The notes under the pieces were generated by a model, which was not told the DNA's origin, made no database searches, and was given only the letters and a program-made list of their open reading frames with translations. A stretch of 64,000 bases of DNA from an uncultured Gammaproteobacteria bacterium (GTDB lineage: Bacteria; Pseudomonadota; Gammaproteobacteria; JAURND01), in the NCBI GenBank assembly GCA_963714975.1, contig CAVQQD010000002.1, positions 96,001-160,000 on the forward strand. The letters run 5' to 3'. Shown here piece by piece: positions 9,929-19,310 of this stretch; position 1 is the first letter of the stretch; each line of letters opens with the position of its first letter. The translations under genes were made by a program, and so were the position numbers.

Positions 9929-10183
9929 TTAGCTGCTGGAAACCCACGAAGTACCCCGGTTATTGCGCTGAGTCTGTTGCTCCTGATGGTCATTCTCACA
10001 AAACTTCTGGGCGAAGAATCCTAGCAAAAAGATACCTATAGCGCTCAAAGCGATGATGGTACCTGCTGTGAAAAGTGTATCATCGTTTAAAGCCTCCCCA
10101 GTTATCATTAGACTACCGCCGATGATCAATGAGCCAATAGTCGCAACACCGAAACCAGCAAGCGCTTTGATTGAACATTGCAT
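9929..10183 (-). CDS. Small two-TM hypothetical protein, paralogue of 11063-11323
   Basis: GGAGG RBS, two hydrophobic segments, shared promoter-like upstream motif with paralogue. Confidence 0.65.
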   Translation of the reverse strand: MQCSIKALAGFGVATIGSLIIGGSLMITGEALNDDTLFTAGTIIALSAIGIFLLGFFAQKFCENDHQEQQTQRNNRGTSWVSSS

Positions 10184-10269
10184 TTGTATACCTCCAATAG
10201 GTCATGTTATGCTAAAAACAAGAGAACTATCTCATATTTTTCCAGGAAATGCAATACTTTGGCGTAGAG

Positions 10270-11100
10270 TTAAACACGTAACAACTCATTAATACCTATT
10301 TTGCTGCGGGTTTTTTCATCAACCCGTTTTACGATGACAGCGCAGTAAAGGCTGTATTTTCCATCGGCGGCAGGCAGGTTCCCGGAAACTACCACTGAAC
10401 CGGCAGGTACCCGCCCGTAACTGATGCTATCGTTTTCCCGGTCATAGATACGGGTGCTTTGGCCAATATAGACTCCCATGGAAATAACCGCGCCTGCTTC
10501 GACAATTACGCCTTCGACTATTTCAGAACGCGCACCAATAAAGCAATTGTCTTCAATGATGGTAGGATTGGCTTGCAAGGGCTCTAAGACCCCGCCAATA
10601 CCCACACCCCCAGAAATATGCACATTTTTGCCAATTTGCGCACAAGAACCAATCGTGGCCCAGGTGTCAATCATCGTGCCGCTATCTACATAGGCGCCAA
10701 TGTTGACATAACTCGGCATGATCACCGTGCCCTGCGCTAAAAAAGCGCCTTTGCGAATACAAGCAGGAGGCACGATGCGCGCTGCTTGTTGAGCTAATTG
10801 CTCGTCAGTATAACCTAATAGCTTCAGCGGGATTTTGTCATAAAATTGAGTAAAGTGGCCGTCAATGGCCTTATTTTTTTCAATTTTAAAGTACAATAAT
10901 ATGGCTTTCTTAACCCATTGATTGACTTGCCAGATACCGTCCTGCTGTTCTGCGACGCGTATTGCGCCGGCATCTAATAATTCAATAGTTTCGTAAATTG
11001 CTGCCCGGACTTCACGACTGACATTCTCCGCATTAATGTCTTGTCGTTGTTCATAGGCTGCTTCAATAAGGGAAGGTTGCAGAGAGGTAATTTGTGTCAT
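10270..11100 (-). CDS. dapD: Tetrahydrodipicolinate N-succinyltransferase
   Basis: [46 protein letters not shown]. Confidence 0.97.
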   Translation of the reverse strand: MTQITSLQPSLIEAAYEQRQDINAENVSREVRAAIYETIELLDAGAIRVAEQQDGIWQVNQWVKKAILLYFKIEKNKAIDGHFTQFYDKIPLKLLGYTDEQLAQQAARIVPPACIRKGAFLAQGTVIMPSYVNIGAYVDSGTMIDTWATIGSCAQIGKNVHISGGVGIGGVLEPLQANPTIIEDNCFIGARSEIVEGVIVEAGAVISMGVYIGQSTRIYDRENDSISYGRVPAGSVVVSGNLPAADGKYSLYCAVIVKRVDEKTRSKIGINELLRV

Positions 11101-11323
11101 GTGATTTTTGTGCATGTGATGACTCTTCTATGTTTTGTTTACAGCCAAGACCTAGGCTCAGTAGAAAGAGGCCTAAAGCACTAATAAGTACGCCAATTAG
11201 CAAAACGGTTTCATCGCCTCGAAAATCTTTCAAACCACCGGATAAGGAGGGCACGAGCCCGATGAGTGTTATAACACAGCCAGCTAAAAGTAATTTATTT
11301 ACATCTGAATTGGCAAATTTCAT
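11063..11323 (-). CDS. Small two-TM hypothetical protein, paralogue of 9929-10183
   Basis: [20 protein letters not shown] aligns with DDTLFTAGTIIALSAIGIFLL; GAGG RBS. Confidence 0.6.
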   Translation of the reverse strand: MKFANSDVNKLLLAGCVITLIGLVPSLSGGLKDFRGDETVLLIGVLISALGLFLLSLGLGCKQNIEESSHAQKSHDTNYLSATFPY

Positions 11324-11423
11324 AGAAGCTTCTTCCTCTACATTAAAAGTAAGTAAACTGTCTCATATTTTTCTTGGTTGCGCAATTTGTTCTCCTACAA
11401 GACGAGAAGACGGCTGGACCTGA

Positions 11424-11475
11424 CTCACCCCTCATCCGGCCTGCGGCCACCTTCTCCCGCAAGGGGAGAAGGAAT
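11424..11475. repeat. boxC-like hairpin repeat
   Basis: cccctcatccggcctgcggccaccttctcccgcaaggggagaagg. Confidence 0.85.
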
Positions 11476-11495
11476 AATGACAGAGATTTATAGGC

Positions 11496-11524
11496 TTGAC
11501 GCATTTTTCAGGGATGCGTATGAT
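11496..11524 (+). promoter_or_regulatory. sigma70 promoter of the tRNA operon
   Basis: TTGACG-17 nt-TATGAT, 20 nt before tRNA-Pro. Confidence 0.8.
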
Positions 11525-11544
11525 GCCAAGCTGGCCATTGGCAT

Positions 11545-11621
11545 CGGGGTATAGCGCAGTCTGGTAGCGCGCCTGCTTTGGGAGCAGGATGTCGGGGGTT
11601 CGAATCCCTCTACCCCGACCA
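11545..11621 (+). tRNA. tRNA-Pro(TGG)
   Basis: Cloverleaf, anticodon arm cctgc-tt-TGG-ga-gcagg, GTTCGAAT, 3' CCA. Confidence 0.97.
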
Positions 11622-11638
11622 CCTTGCCTTCGCGACAC

Positions 11639-11715
<77 letters not shown>

Positions 11716-11722
11716 ATCTTAT

Positions 11723-11799
11723 GGTGGACGTAGCTCAGTTGGTAGAGCCCCGGATTGTGATTCCGGTTGTCGTGGGTTCGAGCCCCATCGTTCACCCCA
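11723..11799 (+). tRNA. tRNA-His(GTG), including G-1
   Basis: Cloverleaf, ccgga-tt-GTG-at-tccgg, GTTCGAGC, 3' CCA. Confidence 0.97.
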
Positions 11800-11876
11800 G
11801 CTTTCCTTGTTTCCAGCAGATATCCTGTATATCCTAACCAGTCATTATATTTTGCTATAGAAGAGGAACTTGGATT

Positions 11877-12362
11877 GTGATTGATAAGAGTGGATTTCGG
11901 CTTGGGATAGGTATCATTTTAATCAATGATCAAAATCAAGTATTTTGGGGACGACGCATTGGCCCCAGCGATGCCTGGCAATTTCCGCAGGGAGGCGTTA
12001 ATGCCGCTGAAAATCTTGAAGCAGCCATGTTTCGAGAATTACGTGAAGAATTGGGTTTACAGCCCACTCAGGTGCAAATTCTCGGTGTCACCAAAAAATG
12101 GATTAAATATTATTTACCTCCTAAATTGCGCCGCACCCGGCCAGGGCAATATTGTCTAGGTCAACGGCAGAAATGGTTTTTGCTGCGCTTGCGTGCCCCT
12201 GATACCGCCATTTGTTTTGATCAAACCGAAAAACCTGAATTTAGTTGTTGGCGTTGGGAAGATTATTGGTATCCTATGAAGCATATTGTCGTATTTAAAA
12301 AATATGTCTACAGAAAGATATTACATGAGTTTTCTCCATTGCTAGTTCGCCAAGAGGAATAA
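11877..12362 (+). CDS. rppH: RNA pyrophosphohydrolase
   Basis: MIDKSGFR, WQFPQGG Nudix box RELREELG, GQRQKWFLL; upstream of ptsP. Confidence 0.95.
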   Translation: MIDKSGFRLGIGIILINDQNQVFWGRRIGPSDAWQFPQGGVNAAENLEAAMFRELREELGLQPTQVQILGVTKKWIKYYLPPKLRRTRPGQYCLGQRQKWFLLRLRAPDTAICFDQTEKPEFSCWRWEDYWYPMKHIVVFKKYVYRKILHEFSPLLVRQEE

Positions 12363-14642
12363 ATGCTAAAAACGCTACGCCGCATCGTCCAAGAAGTGAA
12401 TGCCGCCCAAGATCTACCCGAGGCGTTGGAGATCGTCGTGTCTGCAGTGAACCAAGCCATGGACACCGAGGCTTGTGGCATATTTCTAGTTGATGAAGAA
12501 CAGGGTGAAAATGTCATGGTGGCTACCCAGGGCTTAAATAAGCAACTGGTAGGGAAAGTGCGGTTAAAACTTGGCGAAGGTTTAGTGGGATTAGTGGCAG
12601 AGCGCGCCGAGCCGATTAATTTAGAAGAAGCCGCCTCTCATCCTAATTATGTGCATTATCCTGGTTTAGGCGAAGAAAAACTCAAAGCCTTCTTAGGGGT
12701 GCCGATTATCCATCAACGTCAAGTGTTGGGAGTATTGATCGTCTATCAGCGAGAAGCTCGCTGTTTTGATGAAGCAGAAGAAGCGTTTTTAGTCACTTTA
12801 TCAGCGCAATTGTCAGGAACCATTGCCCATGCCCTTGGGATTGGCGCCCTGCAGGAATTCAATAAATCTCGGGGAGAGCCAGCGAAAGCAGCAGTGTTAA
12901 ACGGGGTGGCTGGCGCCTCAGGAGTTGCCATAGGGATTGGCGTCGTAGTTTTTCCTTTAGCGGAATTATCTGCAGTTCCAGAACGTAAAATTGAGGAAGA
13001 TGAGATTGAAGCTGAAATCGCTTTATTTAATTCGGCTTTAATTTCCGCCCGCGATTCCATTCGGCGCTTGGGTGAAAATATGTCAAGTAGTGGCTTACCG
13101 GCAGAAGAACGTGCTTTGTTTGATGCTTACTTGCACATCTTAGACAGTCGCAGTTTAGTCGACGAAATAATCCAGGAGATCCGTGCTGGACACTGGGCGC
13201 AAAGTGCACTAAAACGCGTCGCAGAAAAACATATTGCCCGTTTCGAGGCCATGGATGACCCCTATTTGCAGGAGCGTGCTGCTGATTTTAAAGATCTTTG
13301 CGAACGGGTGTTGTTTTATTTACAGTCTCGGGAGTCAAAGAGTCAGTATTTTCCAGAAAAAACCATTCTAGTCGGGGAAGAAGTGACGCCGGCTGCTTTG
13401 GCTGAAGTTCCCGAAGGCCGTCTAGCGGGTGTCATTTCGGTACGTGGTTCGACGAACTCCCATGTCGCCATCTTAGCCCGCGCTCTGGGCGTTCCTACGG
13501 TGGTCGGCATTACCGGGGTGCGGATTGCGCAGTTAGAGGATGAGGAACTTATTGTCGATGGTTATTATGGCCAGGTCTATCGTTCACCCTCTCCGGTCTT
13601 GCGTCAAGAATTTCTAACCTTGATGCAAGAAGAGCGCGAGCTGGATAAAGAACTCGAAGCATTGTGCGATCTGCCCGCGCAAACTCTTGATGGCCACAGG
13701 ATTGCTTTATTCGTGAATACCGGTTTAGCACCTGATATTGGCAATGCCCTCAGTGCTGGAGCGGAAGGCATTGGTTTGTATCGTACCGAAGTGCCTTTTA
13801 TGACCCGCGATCGTTTTCCCAGTGAGGAAGAGCAGCGGGTTATTTATCGCCAATTGCTGCACACCTTTGCTCCTCGCCCGGTGATTATGCGCACCCTTGA
13901 TGTTGGGGGCGATAAAAACTTACCTTATTTTCCCGTAGTGGAAGATAATCCTTTTTTAGGGTGGCGGGGAATCCGCATTACCTTGGACCATCCAGAAATA
14001 TTATTAGTGCAGCTGAGGGCGATGTTGCAGGCGAGCGTTGGTTTAGATAATTTGCATATTATGTTTCCGATGGTGACGGTTTTGGCTGAATTAGAAGAGG
14101 CTAAGCAATTATTACGCCAGGCCTATGAAGAAACTGTGGCAGAAGGTTTTGCCGTGAAGATGCCGACGTTAGGCGTGATGGTAGAGGTTCCTTCCGCCGT
14201 TTATCAAGCCCAGGTGCTGGCGCGGCGGGTGGACTTTTTGTCAGTGGGCAGCAACGATCTGGTCCAGTACCTTTTGGCTGTGGACCGTAATAATGCCCGG
14301 GTAGCAGGTCTGTATGAGAGCTTGCATCCAGCGGTGTTACGGGCTTTAATGCAGGTGGTCGCTGGGGCGCATCGTGAAGGAAAAAAAGTTAGTATTTGTG
14401 GTGAAATGGCTGGTGATCCGGCTGGGGCTATTTTGTTGTTGGCCATGGGCTTTGATAGTTTAAGTATGAATGCCAATCGTTTGTTGCGGATCAAGTGGGT
14501 GATCCGGAAATTTACGCTGAAAGAAGTGAAGCAGCTTCTGGACGAAGTATTACAGATGGATGATGGGGTTGAAATTCGTAACCATATGGAATTAGCGTTG
14601 GAAAAAGCCGGTTTGGTGGCGTTAATTCGCGCGGGCAAGTAA
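12363..14642 (+). CDS. ptsP: PEP-protein phosphotransferase EI-Ntr (GAF domain plus EI)
   Basis: MLKTLRRIVQEVN, SHVAILARALG, GLYRTE, RTLDVGGDK, SVGSNDL, CGEMAGDP. Confidence 0.96.
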   Translation: MLKTLRRIVQEVNAAQDLPEALEIVVSAVNQAMDTEACGIFLVDEEQGENVMVATQGLNKQLVGKVRLKLGEGLVGLVAERAEPINLEEAASHPNYVHYPGLGEEKLKAFLGVPIIHQRQVLGVLIVYQREARCFDEAEEAFLVTLSAQLSGTIAHALGIGALQEFNKSRGEPAKAAVLNGVAGASGVAIGIGVVVFPLAELSAVPERKIEEDEIEAEIALFNSALISARDSIRRLGENMSSSGLPAEERALFDAYLHILDSRSLVDEIIQEIRAGHWAQSALKRVAEKHIARFEAMDDPYLQERAADFKDLCERVLFYLQSRESKSQYFPEKTILVGEEVTPAALAEVPEGRLAGVISVRGSTNSHVAILARALGVPTVVGITGVRIAQLEDEELIVDGYYGQVYRSPSPVLRQEFLTLMQEERELDKELEALCDLPAQTLDGHRIALFVNTGLAPDIGNALSAGAEGIGLYRTEVPFMTRDRFPSEEEQRVIYRQLLHTFAPRPVIMRTLDVGGDKNLPYFPVVEDNPFLGWRGIRITLDHPEILLVQLRAMLQASVGLDNLHIMFPMVTVLAELEEAKQLLRQAYEETVAEGFAVKMPTLGVMVEVPSAVYQAQVLARRVDFLSVGSNDLVQYLLAVDRNNARVAGLYESLHPAVLRALMQVVAGAHREGKKVSICGEMAGDPAGAILLLAMGFDSLSMNANRLLRIKWVIRKFTLKEVKQLLDEVLQMDDGVEIRNHMELALEKAGLVALIRAGK

Positions 14643-14647
14643 AAAAA

Positions 14648-14783
14648 TTCCCTCTCCCCCGCCCGAGCTTGCGAGGGAAGGTGGGAGAGGGTTAGGGAGA
14701 GGGGGTACTCGACCTCTGCACCCCCTCTCCCTAACCCTCTCCTCCCACCTTCCCTCGCAAGCTCGGGCGGGGGAGAGAGGACT
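14648..14783. mobile_element. Gene-less (MITE-like) derivative of the DUF559 element at 45176-45814
   Basis: Both inverted arms match those flanking the DUF559 gene; the centre ctcgacctctgca is the reverse complement of the end of that ORF (tgcggaggtcgag, 1 mismatch). Confidence 0.8.
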
Positions 14784-14810
14784 TGAAAATGGGGAGCGGG
14801 AATTATTGAA

Positions 14811-15605
14811 ATGTACTTAATTTTTTTAATCTATGCTGGAATTGGAATAGCCGCAGGTATTTTGGCGGGACTGCTGGGAATTGGTGGTGGCATTATCATT
14901 ATCCCAAGTTTAGTTTATGTTTTTTCGGCGTATGCAGTAGTTCCCCATGATGCATTGATGCAATATGTGGTCGGCACCTCTTTGGCAGCGATTATTACCA
15001 CCACAGTATTTTCCCTTTATGCGCAATACCACCGGGGAACTTTGTCTTGGCCGTTGTTTTATAAATTAGTGCCTGGGATTATCGTTGGTACAGTGGCCGG
15101 GGCTTTTTTAGCTAGAATCTTAGATACCCACGTGCTGAAAATTAGTTTTGGTTTATTTATGATGTTTGTATCGTTGCAAACTTTTTTTGGTATTCAGGCC
15201 ACCAAGCATCAAGAATTACCTGGTCGCATTAATCGATCGCTTGCGTCGCTGGCTATTGGTGTAGTATCTGGTTTGTTAGGGATTAGTGGTGGGGCATTAA
15301 CTATTCCCTACTTAACTTATTATAATGTCCCCATCCGCCAGGCCATGGCGGCATCGACGTCCTGTGGCATTGTGATTAGTTTTACCGGGATGATCAGTTT
15401 TATTATTTTGGGTTGGCATCAACCTGGTGCCCCTGCTTGGAGCAGTGGCTATGTGTATTGGCCTGCGGTGTTGATTATCGCCTTATGTAGCCCGTGGTTC
15501 GTAGGCCTGGGTTCCGCCCTTTCCGGTCGCTTACCGGTCGTTGGTTTGAGAAGAATTTTTGGAATATTTATATTTTTGGTTGGCTTAGAAATGTTAGTGG
15601 AATAA
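14811..15605 (+). CDS. TauE/SafE (TSUP) family membrane transporter
   Basis: AGLLGIGGG and SGLLGISGG repeats, GTSLA, multiple TM helices. Confidence 0.9.
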   Translation: MYLIFLIYAGIGIAAGILAGLLGIGGGIIIIPSLVYVFSAYAVVPHDALMQYVVGTSLAAIITTTVFSLYAQYHRGTLSWPLFYKLVPGIIVGTVAGAFLARILDTHVLKISFGLFMMFVSLQTFFGIQATKHQELPGRINRSLASLAIGVVSGLLGISGGALTIPYLTYYNVPIRQAMAASTSCGIVISFTGMISFIILGWHQPGAPAWSSGYVYWPAVLIIALCSPWFVGLGSALSGRLPVVGLRRIFGIFIFLVGLEMLVE

Positions 15606-15614
15606 CAATACCGC

Positions 15615-15670
15615 CGTCTTCCCTGCCTCCCGACGTCTTCCCTGCAGGGATCCAGGCGCAGGAAGCGGGC
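15615..15670. repeat. Degenerate CGTC-tagged palindromic repeat
   Basis: cgtcttccctgc twice, followed by agggatccag. Confidence 0.6.
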
Positions 15671-15688
15671 TTAATATTGAGGCTTGAA

Positions 15689-16198
15689 ATGACAATTTTA
15701 AAAATTTTGCAATATCCTGATCCAGATCTACAGCGCAAGGGAGTGTATGTGCAGGACGTGTCCGATCCAGTAATTCAGAAAATTATCGCTGATATGTTTG
15801 AAACTCATTACCATGCAGAGAATTGCGCGGCTTTAGCAGCCACTCAATTAGGCATTCCGAATGCGCCGCATATTACCGTGATTGATTTTTCTCAAGAAAA
15901 GAATCAGCCGCTGTGTTTAATTAATGGGGAAATCATTGCCAGAGAGGGGGAAATTCAAGAGCCAGAAGCTTGCATGTCGATCCAAGGAATCTACGAGAAA
16001 GTGATACGCTCTACGAAAATAACCGTACGCGCCCTAGACCGTCATGGCAATACTTTGGAATTTACCGCCGAGGGTTTTATGGCCAAATGCGTTCAGCATG
16101 AACTAGATCATTTAAATGGACAGCTGTTTATTGATCGACTTTCTCCACTCAAACGCAGCAGGGTAGATAAAAAATTTGAAAAAATAAATCGTCGATAA
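15689..16198 (+). CDS. def: Peptide deformylase with divergent motifs
   Basis: ILQYPDP, ALAATQLG, EACMS, QHELDHLNG; upstream of fmt. Confidence 0.92.
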   Translation: MTILKILQYPDPDLQRKGVYVQDVSDPVIQKIIADMFETHYHAENCAALAATQLGIPNAPHITVIDFSQEKNQPLCLINGEIIAREGEIQEPEACMSIQGIYEKVIRSTKITVRALDRHGNTLEFTAEGFMAKCVQHELDHLNGQLFIDRLSPLKRSRVDKKFEKINRR

Positions 16199-16199
16199 T

Positions 16200-16228
16200 T
16201 TCCTTCTCCCACAAGGGGAGAAGGGATA
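16200..16228. repeat. boxC-like hairpin repeat
   Basis: tccttctcccacaaggggagaaggga. Confidence 0.85.
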
Positions 16229-16263
16229 ATGTAGCAGATGTATGAGAGGGGGTATTACATCCA

Positions 16264-17214
16264 ATGCCACTAAAAATAATTTTTGCCGGCACTTCCGAGT
16301 TTGCCGTACCTTCATTGCAGCGTTTAATAGAGTCTCCGCATTCTATTCTTGCCGTTTACACCCAACCTGATCGTCCGGCAGGCCGTGGGTTAAAGCTAAA
16401 ACCCAGCGCAGTGAAACAAGCCGCTTTGGCGCAGCAACTTCCTCTTTATCAACCTCAGAGCCTTAAAGATCCCGCCATCCAACAAGAATTACAAGCACTA
16501 CAAGCCGATCTCATGGTGGTAGTGGTCTACGGTTTGTTACTCCCCAAGGCAGTCTTAACAGCACCCCGCCTAGGGTGCATCAATGTCCATCCCTCCTTAT
16601 TGCCGCGTTGGCGAGGGGCGGCTCCGATCCAACGCGCCATTGCAGCAGGGGATCCCCAAGCTGGGATTTCTATTATGCAACTAGACGAAGGTTGGGATAC
16701 GGGGGATTTATTATTGCAAGTCACTTGCCCGATTGAACCTACCGATACCAGCCAAAGCCTGCATGATCGCTTAGCCCCGCTCAGTGCGGATATTTTGCTG
16801 CAGGCAATTGCTGGCCTCGAAACAGGCCGCATCCAGCCGACACCCCAAGCAGCAGAGGGGATAATTTATGCCGATAAAATCACGAAAGCCGAAGCTGAAA
16901 TTGACTGGCAACAACCTGCTGTAGTATTAGAACGTAAAATTCGCGCTCTGAACCCTTGGCCAGTGGCCTTTGCCCATTGGCAAGAACAAGTGTTACGGAT
17001 TTGGCAGGCCCAAAGCTTGCCAGGGAAGGACAATAGCGCCAGGCCAGGAACAGTAATAGCCACCTCTGCGGCGGGGATTGATGTTGCCACTGGCGAAGGC
17101 ATTTTGCGCCTACTCACCGTGCAGCTCCCAGGCGGCAAGCCCTTGTCCGTGGCGGATTTCCTGCGTGGGGGCATCTCCGTCGTCCCGCGGCTTGTCCGCG
17201 GGATCCAGAGATGA
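16264..17214 (+). CDS. fmt: Methionyl-tRNA formyltransferase
   Basis: [37 protein letters not shown]. Confidence 0.97.
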   Translation: MPLKIIFAGTSEFAVPSLQRLIESPHSILAVYTQPDRPAGRGLKLKPSAVKQAALAQQLPLYQPQSLKDPAIQQELQALQADLMVVVVYGLLLPKAVLTAPRLGCINVHPSLLPRWRGAAPIQRAIAAGDPQAGISIMQLDEGWDTGDLLLQVTCPIEPTDTSQSLHDRLAPLSADILLQAIAGLETGRIQPTPQAAEGIIYADKITKAEAEIDWQQPAVVLERKIRALNPWPVAFAHWQEQVLRIWQAQSLPGKDNSARPGTVIATSAAGIDVATGEGILRLLTVQLPGGKPLSVADFLRGGISVVPRLVRGIQR

Positions 17215-17317
17215 GGGTGTTTGAGATGGCTCGTCGTCCCGGCATGGATGCCGGGATCCAGTTCACAGGGACGTGAAAGTTTCGCTTCCTGCGCCCTGAC
17301 ATCCATGCCAGGACGAC
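17178..17317. repeat. Cluster of CGTC-tagged palindromic repeats overlapping the fmt 3' end
   Basis: cgtcgtcccgcgg-cttgt-ccgcgggatccag and cgtcgtcccggca-tgga-tgccgggatccag...catccatgccaggacgac. Confidence 0.85.
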
Positions 17318-17342
17318 AGCTTAGAAAAGACCCCCCATTTGA

Positions 17343-17358
17343 TTTAATATTTCATTAA
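17343..17358 (+). promoter_or_regulatory. PmrA-type box upstream of effector-like gene A
   Basis: tTTAAtaTTtcaTTAA fits the Legionella/Coxiella cTTAA-N2-TT-N2-cTTAA consensus; TACATT 6 nt downstream. Confidence 0.65.
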
Positions 17359-17598
17359 GCTTAATACATTATTATCATTAACTATAACTATTTTGTCGTT
17401 GCATTTTAAATTAATTTTATTGAAAGAGGATTTATTTATGTCGGAATCAGAACCAAATGAGCTAAAAAAAGCTTTATTAACCGATCAAGCAGTTGATCTC
17501 TTGCAGCAAACCGTTACCACAAATGAAAGTAAATCCGATGCAAGTCAGCGAGACCCCATAGCCCGCTATCGAGCCTTAATGGCAGAGCAAAAGATAAA

Positions 17599-19310
17599 CC
17601 TAAAAAAAGCAGTTGAACTATGAGATAATGCGACCCTTATAACAAAATTACAGGGGAAATCGCATGAAACTACCTCCGGCTCCTCTTCACCCAACGGGTG
17701 AACTGCCAGAAGACTTAAAAGAAGAAAATTTATTAGCCAAAAATGTCTCATTAGCCCTAGATACTTTTGGTGGTCGCATCTATGTGGAATGGGATCTTTA
17801 AGCTGCTGTAACTCCGCTAGGACAATTGGCATTTTTTATTGAATTTTTAAAGATTGGAAATTTATTTGACCCTTGGGTTGAAGATTGTCCATTGCAATTA
17901 GTAAGTCCCAACGCTCCTTCAAATCGTGACATTTTAGGTACGCTGTTATTAGCTGTTTTAGCAGGTCATAGTCGCTATGCTCATATCACTACATTGCGTT
18001 GTGATGGAGTAAATCCAGATTTATTGGGTATGAAAAAAATAGTGAGTGAAGATTCACTCCGGCGTGCTTTTGTAAAAATGGAAGAAGAAGCTGGAATAGT
18101 ATGGCTACAAAAACATTTAAATAAATGTTATGTGCCATTGCTGAGTGTGCCATGGATATTAGATGTTGATACCACAGTTAAAGTACTTTATGGAAAACAG
18201 GAAGGAGCTGTATTGGGTTATAATCCAACAAAACCTGGCCGCCCTTCTCATACCTATCATTCCTATTTTATCGCCAATTTACGTTTAGTACTGGATGTTG
18301 AAGTACAGCCTGGTAATCAAATGGCATCCAGTTATTCGGCGCCTGATTTATGGGAATTATTAGATCGTATTCCGCGTGCACAGTGGCCTCAATTTTTGCG
18401 AGGTGATTGTGCTTTTGGTACAGATGGTGTGATGAAAATTGCTGAAGAAAAGCAAATACCCTATTTATTTAAATTGAAATCAACGAAGAATGTAAAGCGT
18501 TTAATAGAAGAAGTAAAAATGGTTCGTCAAGATTGGTATTTTGCTGATCAGGGCTGGGAAGGGACTGATGCCTTATTGAAATTAGATGGTTGGGAAAGAT
18601 CGCGTCGAGTCATCGTGTTGAGAAAAAAAATACAAAAAAATTTAATGCTTATTTCACAACATGCAGGAACAAAACAATTAGAGATATGTTTTGGTGAGGT
18701 TGATGATAAAACCTATGTTTATGAATACGCTGTATTAGTTACTTCATTACCGGATGAAATACTGACTATTGCGCAACATTATCGCGATCGTGCGGACAGT
18801 GAAAATATATTTGATGAATTGAAAAATCAATGGGGTTGGAGCGGGTTTACAACCCAAGACATGAAGCGTTGCCGCTTTATGTCGCGCGTGGTTGCTCTTA
18901 TTTATAATTGGTGGAATATATTTGCTCGCCTGGCAGAACCTGACAAACATTTAGAAGCTATTACGAGTCGTCCCTTATTATTGCATGCTATGGCAAAACA
19001 AACTGTCCATGCAAGACAAACACACATTGTTATCAGCAGCACGCATGGAAATATTAATAAAGTTCAAATGTTATTAAGCCGCGTGGTGAAATTTTTTAAA
19101 GGATTAAAAAAAGATGCGGAGCAGTTAACACATGATCAATGTTGGTATCGAATTTTGAGCCAAGCAGTAGGAAAATATTTAAATGGAAAGTCGCTGCAGC
19201 CACCACTTGGTTTATCAGCACCCACATAAAATTGAAAAAAAGGTACTTTGTTGGAAGATATTTGATCAGAGTTTTATCGGTTAGGAAGTCCTTCAACTGC
19301 CGTTTTTAGG
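17599..19310 (+). mobile_element. IS1380-family insertion sequence, 1712 bp
   Basis: Terminal inverted repeats cctaaaaaaagcagttgaa / ttcaactgccgtttttagg; 5-bp target duplication ATAAA at 17594-17598 and 19311-19315. Confidence 0.9.
17664..19229 (+). pseudogene. IS1380-family DDE transposase with a premature stop
   Basis: LDVDTT, LRGDCAF, YRDRADSENIFDELK; in-frame TAA at 17799-17801 within LDTFGGRIYVEWDL*AAVTPLGQL. Confidence 0.8.
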
